A DNA stretch of 64,000 bases from Treponema sp. GTDB taxonomy: Bacteria > Spirochaetota > Spirochaetia > Treponematales > Treponemataceae. Location of the stretch: positions 14,964-78,963 of the forward strand of contig JAGCDP010000011.1 in the NCBI GenBank assembly GCA_017651065.1, written 5' to 3'. Both the position numbers and the translations under genes were made by a program. Below, piece after piece: positions 58,012 through 64,000 of this stretch; the stretch's first letter is position 1, and the number at the start of each line of letters is the position of its first letter. The notes beneath the pieces were generated by a model that worked only from the letters and a program-made list of their open reading frames with translations, had not been told where the DNA came from and ran no database searches.

Positions 58012-59018
58012 AAAAAATAAAGCATAAGCTTCCAAAATTCATAGACATCAACACATTCGATTTTTCACCTTACGGCCGTGAGCTTACACGAGAAGAGTCG
58101 TATCTTGTAAATGGTGGACGCCAGATAGAAAATTCAATAGCTGCGCAGGCGTTGGCAAATCCTGGAGATACAGTTACAGATAGTAATGGAAAAACTTCTG
58201 TTCTAACGGAATCTGATATAAAATGGGCTCAGAAACAAATAGGTTATAATGAACCGACAGGGGATGTTTCAGATACATCTGAAGTAATTGAGACAACACC
58301 AGTACAAACTAATCAGTGTGAACTTTCAAAAAAGGAAGAAGAGATTAAAGGACAAAATGAAAACAGCGGAAATACTACTGTAAAAAAGACAGATGATCCT
58401 TCTCAATCAGGCAATAACAATGATAATGCATCTACATCTTTGATATTTGATCCACATGATCCAACTCGAATAATAGCAAATCTTGATGATCCAGAATCAT
58501 TGAAAGCCGCCGCAGAATTATTGTCTGACCCTTTTTTAGGCTATACAGTTACAGCTTATGGTGAAGAAACGGGAAAAATAAAGAATTTTAAAAATTATTC
58601 AGAAATATATGTATATCTATCAATGAATGATAAAACATCTGTTTTTCAGGATTTTTTCGATAGATTAATGAGATTTCATTTCGAAGAAAGAGATTCAAGA
58701 AATATTATTACAGAATCATATCAAGATATTTTGGAATCTGCTCAAAACAATGGGGATTGGAAACTGTTATCTCCAGAAATGTCAAAATATCATCAGAATG
58801 GATTTGTTTTTGATGAATTAAAATTCGTTTGTAAAGACGGAAGAGAAGCGGTTTTTACAAAAGATTTTTCTCCTGATGGTTCTTATGAATTATATTTAGA
58901 TCCAAGATATAAAGGAACGTATAACTATTGTGATCCTATAAATAATCCAATAGGTCATTTTTTTAAAGATATGGTTCCATATTATTTAACAGGATTCAGA
59001 AATGAAAGAACTCAATAA
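58008..59018 (+). CDS. Substrate/toxin D: GG leader, ALANPGDTVT module, linker, enzyme-like tip
   Basis: Leader ..ELTREESYLVNGG; tip contains YHQNG, DGREAVF, GTYNYCDP and GHFFKDMVPY. Confidence 0.75.
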   Translation: MKKIKHKLPKFIDINTFDFSPYGRELTREESYLVNGGRQIENSIAAQALANPGDTVTDSNGKTSVLTESDIKWAQKQIGYNEPTGDVSDTSEVIETTPVQTNQCELSKKEEEIKGQNENSGNTTVKKTDDPSQSGNNNDNASTSLIFDPHDPTRIIANLDDPESLKAAAELLSDPFLGYTVTAYGEETGKIKNFKNYSEIYVYLSMNDKTSVFQDFFDRLMRFHFEERDSRNIITESYQDILESAQNNGDWKLLSPEMSKYHQNGFVFDELKFVCKDGREAVFTKDFSPDGSYELYLDPRYKGTYNYCDPINNPIGHFFKDMVPYYLTGFRNERTQ

Positions 59019-59511
59019 AAGATTTATAACTGGTATTATTATTGTTGGGGTTGCAATGGGATTTTTGTTTTGTAAAACTGATTATATTATTAGTTTTGAA
59101 AGTGAAGAATTTAATACTCTCAATGGTAATGTCTTTAAGAAATTAGAAACAACAAATGATATTTACCGTACTAGAATCATGACTACAGTATGGTTAGAAT
59201 TAATCTTTAAAAGGTTTTCTAAAAATACGACTTTTGAAAAAATTACAATAACAAACATTATTCTGGAAGATGACAAGGGTAATGAAATTGAACATTTTCA
59301 AGATGTGTCTTTAGAGGCAAATGGGATTATGCATGAAGAAAATGGAAGTTTTTATCAATTATATTCGTTCAGAATAGAAGATGAAGCTTTAAGAATAAAA
59401 ATAAAAAAGTATAAGACAAAATACATACTTTTAAAGTATGAAATAAATGGGGAAAAATATTCAGAGAAACTTAAACGTGTTGTGGAAAAATATCCAATAT
59501 TGAGAACATAA
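59002..59511 (+). CDS. Membrane-anchored or lipoprotein, putative immunity to D
   Basis: Overlaps the toxin D stop; N-terminal hydrophobic segment ends FLFC. Confidence 0.62.
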   Translation: MKELNKRFITGIIIVGVAMGFLFCKTDYIISFESEEFNTLNGNVFKKLETTNDIYRTRIMTTVWLELIFKRFSKNTTFEKITITNIILEDDKGNEIEHFQDVSLEANGIMHEENGSFYQLYSFRIEDEALRIKIKKYKTKYILLKYEINGEKYSEKLKRVVEKYPILRT

Positions 59512-59541
59512 AAAAATGAATGCGATATATGAGAGGCAGAC

Positions 59542-60204
59542 ATGAAGAAGAGTTCTTTTTTAATTCTATTATTAATATGTGTTTTTATTTGTTCGTGTTC
59601 AAAACAAACTATAATAGTTAATGAAAATACAATGCAACTAAATAAGGGATCAACATTAATTCAAGAATTATACCTTGGGCGTTTTTATATTATTCAAAGT
59701 GAAGAAATTGAAAATGGCATAAAAGTTGAATATGAATATATTGATGATTTAGATGAAGTTGGGTATCCAAGATATGGACAATATGATGGGGAATTATATT
59801 TTACTATATCTGATAATAAACTTGTACCTGTCCTTAATATTGTAAATGTTTATCGGCAGACTTTTGGTTCGTGCATTAAACTCTTGAATAAGACGGAAGA
59901 AAATGGTGTCATAAATATAGAATATGATTTTCAATTATATGACATAGCAAGAGCTGCCGGATTTGGGACAGTAAAAATAAGCTATGAGATTATAAATAAT
60001 CCTTCAGGAGAATTAGAATATAAAGTAATTGATTATTCGAGTGATTTAATAAGTCGTTTTAAGATGACAGTTCCAAACGATCCAAACAGCATGATGCCGC
60101 GAATGGATGGAGACATAATAAATCAGATAGATTTCCCAATAGAAGAATTCAATAAAATAGCTGATCAGGTATATGAATATATTCAATACAGTGAAGGATT
60201 ATGA
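59542..60204 (+). CDS. Lipoprotein, putative orphan immunity
   Basis: MKKSSFLILLLICVFICSC lipobox, RBS GAGG. Confidence 0.62.
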   Translation: MKKSSFLILLLICVFICSCSKQTIIVNENTMQLNKGSTLIQELYLGRFYIIQSEEIENGIKVEYEYIDDLDEVGYPRYGQYDGELYFTISDNKLVPVLNIVNVYRQTFGSCIKLLNKTEENGVINIEYDFQLYDIARAAGFGTVKISYEIINNPSGELEYKVIDYSSDLISRFKMTVPNDPNSMMPRMDGDIINQIDFPIEEFNKIADQVYEYIQYSEGL

Positions 60205-60393
60205 TGATACTAAAACGCAAATATCCCAAATTCATAGACATCAACACATTTGATTTCACAGGCGCTTGCAAATCCAGGAGAAATACTTGAAATTATTTAT
60301 AACACAAGTCCCTTTATTATAAATCAAATATTGAATAATTCTGGGATGGGAAAGTTTGTGCAATTAGATTATATTGAATTGGATGGAAAATAG
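60201..60393 (+). pseudogene. Collapsed D-type toxin cassette
   Basis: MMILKRKYPKFIDINTFDFT is joined out of frame to caggcgcttgcaaatccagga (QALANPG, compare 58146-58166). That frame continues EILEIIYNT...ELDGK* into the next gene's GTG. Confidence 0.75.
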
Positions 60394-60728
60394 TGAATAT
60401 AGCCATAATTATTTTAAATATAATAGATGTTTTATTAATCTATATAATTGATGTAAAAATGAATAATATTTTTGCAGAAGTATTATTTGACATATTTGGA
60501 GGAGCTATAATTGCTTTAATATGGATAAAAATAGATGAATACTATTCCCGAACAGAACAGAATTTAAAATGGACCTCTTTCTTGTATTTGATTTTTACTT
60601 TATTCTATTTAATAGTTTCATTGATAAGAAACGAATTAAAGTTTGTTCAGCCTGTATGTTCTCCCGTTATTCTTGTTTGTATTTCATATTATGCAATTAG
60701 AATTAAAAAAAGGATTGAACAAAAATAG
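60393..60728 (+). CDS. Small multi-TM protein, putative immunity of the collapsed cassette
   Basis: GTG overlaps the remnant's TAG; hydrophobic and AT-rich. Confidence 0.55.
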   Translation: MNIAIIILNIIDVLLIYIIDVKMNNIFAEVLFDIFGGAIIALIWIKIDEYYSRTEQNLKWTSFLYLIFTLFYLIVSLIRNELKFVQPVCSPVILVCISYYAIRIKKRIEQK

Positions 60729-60755
60729 TTTATTCTATATTTAGCGAGGCATTTT

Positions 60756-62333
60756 ATGAAAACACAAATCAAACTCACAGGAAAAGAAAAGGTAAAATTC
60801 AATAACAATGTAAACTACTGTGTAGGAACCGGGCGAATGGGGCTGGCGCTTACAAAGGAATATCTGGATCAACTGGCTGTTGTTCAGAAGGATATTGGGT
60901 TTAAGTTTATCCGCGGGCATGGACTGTTCAGTGATGATATGGCAATTTATCAGGAGTTTAAGGACAGGAGTGCGCTCAAAAAGAAACCTGAAGATTTTAA
61001 AGATTACCGTGAGTATTTTGAATATGTAGACAAAAATGCTCCGCGCATAATTGAATATAATTTTACTTATCTTGATCGTGTTGTTGATGCTTATCTTGCT
61101 TTAAATATCAGACCATTCCTTGAGCTTGGTTTTATGCCAAAAAAGCTTGCCTCTGGTGAACAGACAATTTTTTACTGGAAGGGTAACACAACTCCTCCAA
61201 AAGATTATAAAAAATGGACTGACCTTGTTATTGCAACGCTGCGCCATTTGATGCAGCGCTATGGCGAAGACGAAGTTCTTACCTGGCCTATTGAAGTCTG
61301 GAATGAACCAAATCTTCCTGGCTTCTGGAAAGATGCAGACATGCAGGAATATTTTAAGCTTTACGAAAAAACTGCACGCGCAATTAAAAAGCTGAACAAA
61401 CGCTTTATGGTTGGAGGCCCTGCAATTTGTGGAGGCGCAGACAAAAAATGGATGGTCGGATTTCTTGACTTCCTTACACAGAAAAAGCCGCCGATTGATT
61501 TTATTTCGCGTCATCACTATACAACTTTATTCCCTGATTACAAGGGTCACTACGGTTATGCAAAACTTATGCCGCTTGATGAAACACTTCAGACTCTGCG
61601 CGACTGCCGTAAAATCATAAACCATTACAAAGATTACAAGGACCTTCCGTTCTACATTACAGAGTTCAATACTTCTTATATTCCAAACTGTCCTATTCAC
61701 GATACAAACCTGAATGCAGCCTATCTTGGACGCACTCTTGCCGAAATTGGTGACTATGCAACAGGTTATTCTTACTGGACTTTTGGTGATGTGTTTGAAG
61801 AAAATGGAGTTCCTTTTACACCGTTCCACGGAGGCTTTGGACTTTTAGCCAACGGAAGCATTCCAAAACCAACATACTGGACCTTTAAGTTCTTTAAAGA
61901 CCTTAAGGACGGTCAGGAAAAATGTCTTTACCGCGATAAAAATATTGTGATTGTAAAAGCAGCAGACGGTTCTTATAAAGGCATTGCCTGGAACCTTACG
62001 CTTGAAACAAAACAGAAGCAGCTTGATTTTGAAATTGTTCTGCCAAAGCTGGATTGCACCCGCGCAAGCCTTTTAACAAAAACAGTTGATGAAGAATGCT
62101 GTAATCCGTTAAAGGTATGGCACGATATGGGAGAGTGTGCAAACCTTAATGAAGAACAGATTGATTTACTTAAGTCTGCTGCAAAGCCTCTTGTTGCTAC
62201 ACAGCTTGTAGACGGTAAGGCTCCTAAGTTTACAATAAAGGCTGGCCGTAATGCTGTTGTTTATTTTGAAGTTGCTCCGGCTCCTTTAACAAGCGATAAT
62301 GCCTATGACTACAGCTTTTACGAAAAGATGTAA
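60756..62333 (+). CDS. GH39 beta-xylosidase
   Basis: CVGTGRMGLAL, IRGHGLFSDDM, EVWNEPNL, ITEFNTSY and SYWTFGDVFEE motifs. Confidence 0.93.
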   Translation: MKTQIKLTGKEKVKFNNNVNYCVGTGRMGLALTKEYLDQLAVVQKDIGFKFIRGHGLFSDDMAIYQEFKDRSALKKKPEDFKDYREYFEYVDKNAPRIIEYNFTYLDRVVDAYLALNIRPFLELGFMPKKLASGEQTIFYWKGNTTPPKDYKKWTDLVIATLRHLMQRYGEDEVLTWPIEVWNEPNLPGFWKDADMQEYFKLYEKTARAIKKLNKRFMVGGPAICGGADKKWMVGFLDFLTQKKPPIDFISRHHYTTLFPDYKGHYGYAKLMPLDETLQTLRDCRKIINHYKDYKDLPFYITEFNTSYIPNCPIHDTNLNAAYLGRTLAEIGDYATGYSYWTFGDVFEENGVPFTPFHGGFGLLANGSIPKPTYWTFKFFKDLKDGQEKCLYRDKNIVIVKAADGSYKGIAWNLTLETKQKQLDFEIVLPKLDCTRASLLTKTVDEECCNPLKVWHDMGECANLNEEQIDLLKSAAKPLVATQLVDGKAPKFTIKAGRNAVVYFEVAPAPLTSDNAYDYSFYEKM

Positions 62334-62399
62334 AATTCTTCATATAATAAAATATAAACGTACAATTTACTTTTACTCGGGCGGACTATAATCAGCTGT

Positions 62400-63737
62400 A
62401 TGAAAACAAATATGATTAATATGACCAGCGGCAATACTGTGCACCTGCTTTTGACTTTTTCGGTGCCTATGCTCATTGGTAATATTTTTCAGCAGCTCTA
62501 TAACCTCGCCGATTCTGTAATTGTTGGTCAGCTTATTGGTGCCGATGCCCTTGCTGCAATTGGCGCCACTGCTTCAATTACCTTTTTCTTTTTTGCCCTT
62601 TGTAACGGAACAGGTTCTGCCGGCGGTATTGTAACCTCACAGTTTTTTGGCGAAGGCAACGATGCAAAAGTAAAAAACTGTATTGTAAATACTGCCTTTA
62701 TTATGATTGTTGTTCCGCTTGTAATCGGTACAATTGCTTTCTTTTGTGCAGGCCCAATCTTAAGGCTCCTGAATACCCCTGAAAACATTATTGCCGATGC
62801 AACTGCCTACATGAAAATCATGTGTTTAAATCTTTTCCTTGTAAGCGCCTACAACTTTGTTTCTTCAATGCTGCGTGCCCTTGGAGACTCAAAAACTCCG
62901 CTTTATTTTTTAATTCTTTCGTGCATATTAAATATCATCCTTGATTTGATTTTTGTATATACTCTGCACCTTGGTGTAATTGGTGCCGGTGTTGCAACAC
63001 TTATTTCTACAATTATCTGCAGCATTTTGTGTCTGGGTTTTGCTTTTAAAACTAATCCGTATTTTAAGTTTACCCGTGCAGACCTTCATCTTAATTCTGC
63101 AATTTTATGGAAGTGTATAAAGCTTGGAGTTCCAATTTCGCTTCAGTTTTCGATGATTGCAATTTCGTGCATGGCCTTGCAGCGTGTTGTAAATAATTAC
63201 GGAGCTGTTGCAGTTGCCGCGTTTACAGCTACAAGCCGCATTGAACAGTTAATTCATCAGCCGTATCAGACACTTGGTGCAGCACTTAGTACCTACAGTG
63301 GTCAGAATTACGGGGCAAAAAATAAAGAACGACTTGCCGAAGGTTTTAAGAAAAGCATGCTCATGACAGCAATTTTCTCTTTAGCAATGCTTCCTATAAT
63401 GCAGTTTTTAGGAAACGCAATAACAAGACTTTTTGTAAAAGATCCTGAAGTTATTACTATGGGTGCAAAGGCTCTTGCAATTACAAGCTGGTTCTATATT
63501 TTCCTTGGTATAATCTATATGGTGCGTGGCGTACTAAATGGTGTAGGCGACGCATTCTTTTCACTTCTCAACGGTATTACAGAAGTAATCGGCCGATTTA
63601 CGGTTCCGTTCCTTCTTACAGCAATACCGCTTTTTAATGTCTGGGGCATCTGGTGGTCTGTAGGCATTGTCTGGTTTTTAAGTGCAGCTACTGCGTACTG
63701 GAGATATATTTACAAACGCAATAGGATTGAACTATAA
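62400..63737 (+). CDS. MATE family efflux transporter
   Basis: FSVPMLIGNIFQQLYNLADSVIVG, LRALGDSKTPL and NIILD motifs. Confidence 0.93.
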   Translation: MKTNMINMTSGNTVHLLLTFSVPMLIGNIFQQLYNLADSVIVGQLIGADALAAIGATASITFFFFALCNGTGSAGGIVTSQFFGEGNDAKVKNCIVNTAFIMIVVPLVIGTIAFFCAGPILRLLNTPENIIADATAYMKIMCLNLFLVSAYNFVSSMLRALGDSKTPLYFLILSCILNIILDLIFVYTLHLGVIGAGVATLISTIICSILCLGFAFKTNPYFKFTRADLHLNSAILWKCIKLGVPISLQFSMIAISCMALQRVVNNYGAVAVAAFTATSRIEQLIHQPYQTLGAALSTYSGQNYGAKNKERLAEGFKKSMLMTAIFSLAMLPIMQFLGNAITRLFVKDPEVITMGAKALAITSWFYIFLGIIYMVRGVLNGVGDAFFSLLNGITEVIGRFTVPFLLTAIPLFNVWGIWWSVGIVWFLSAATAYWRYIYKRNRIEL

Positions 63738-63771
63738 TAAAGATTACTATCAATAAAAACGAGGCTAAAAT

Positions 63772-64000
63772 ATGGGTGAAAATTATTTCAACAAAATTCC
63801 ATGGCGTGAGGCTAGACTTCAGCTTGGACACTGCCGTTCTATGGCAAAAGAAGAATTTGCGGACGGAGTAAACGCCCTTAAAGGTAAAAAAATTGTAATT
63901 GTTGGATGTGGAGCTCAGGGTTTGAACCAGGGTCTCTGCCTTCGTGATTCAGGACTTGATGTTAGTTATGCACTTAGACCGGCTGCTATTGCCGAAAAGC
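63772..64000 (+). CDS. ilvC: Ketol-acid reductoisomerase, N-terminal part (runs off window end)
   Basis: Manual translation: [69 protein letters not shown]. Confidence 0.9.
   Translation, partial: MGENYFNKIPWREARLQLGHCRSMAKEEFADGVNALKGKKIVIVGCGAQGLNQGLCLRDSGLDVSYALRPAAIAEK

Larger units (their letters stand above)
41236..60728. other. Accessory island: PCAT/type I-secreted double-glycine-leader polymorphic toxin-immunity locus
   Basis: Visibly AT-richer than the flanks. Nine leader copies, five intact modular substrates, four broken cassettes, about 14 small membrane/lipoprotein/periplasmic genes and a four-gene exporter operon. Confidence 0.8.

Noticed and set aside
41618-58035. Repeated antisense ORFs (41618-41992, 43727-43930, 44907-45098, 52243-52449, 54155-54457, 56870-57166, 57832-58035)
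   Set aside because: They resemble each other only because they are reverse-strand shadows of the repeated leader, LysM and immunity DNA.
41684-59018. RiPP (lanthipeptide or sactipeptide) cluster
   Set aside because: GG leaders and a PCAT are present, but there is no modification enzyme (LanM/LanB, radical SAM, YcaO) and the substrates are large multidomain proteins.
41684-60260. Recurrent ~110 bp sequence (ccaaaattcatagacatcaacacatttgattt...) as a CRISPR array or integron attC sites
   Set aside because: The copies are kilobases apart, protein-coding, vary mostly at synonymous positions and are not palindromic. No cas or intI gene is present.

Overview
AT-rich bacterial chromosome segment, probably from a gut or rumen Treponema-like spirochete. 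This is inferred from gene content, not from a database search. Bases 1-41.2 kb and 60.7-64 kb hold housekeeping and plant-polysaccharide genes (GH2, two GH43, GH9, GH39, pyrE, metK, nth, purB, purC, metA, mnmA, paaK, ilvC), with many palindromic repeats, several inside coding sequences. The main finding is an AT-richer ~19.5 kb island (41.2-60.7 kb) that looks like a polymorphic toxin/immunity system with its own type I exporter: a C39-peptidase ABC transporter (PCAT), HlyD, a TolC-like protein and a lipoprotein. It has nine copies of a double-glycine leader in two classes (..ELTREEAYLVNGG and ..EMTEEELYTVNGG). Five copies head intact 329-422 aa modular proteins with swappable N-terminal modules and variable C-terminal tips. 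Each is followed by a candidate immunity gene, and broken cassettes, orphan immunity genes and duplication scars lie between them. Secondary finds are a Phe-rich leader peptide upstream of paaK, a SAM-II-type riboswitch before metK, frequent leaderless promoter architecture, and repeats that appear to supply -35 boxes, an RBS/start codon and in-frame peptide inserts. No rRNA, tRNA, CRISPR array, integrase or transposase was recognised.
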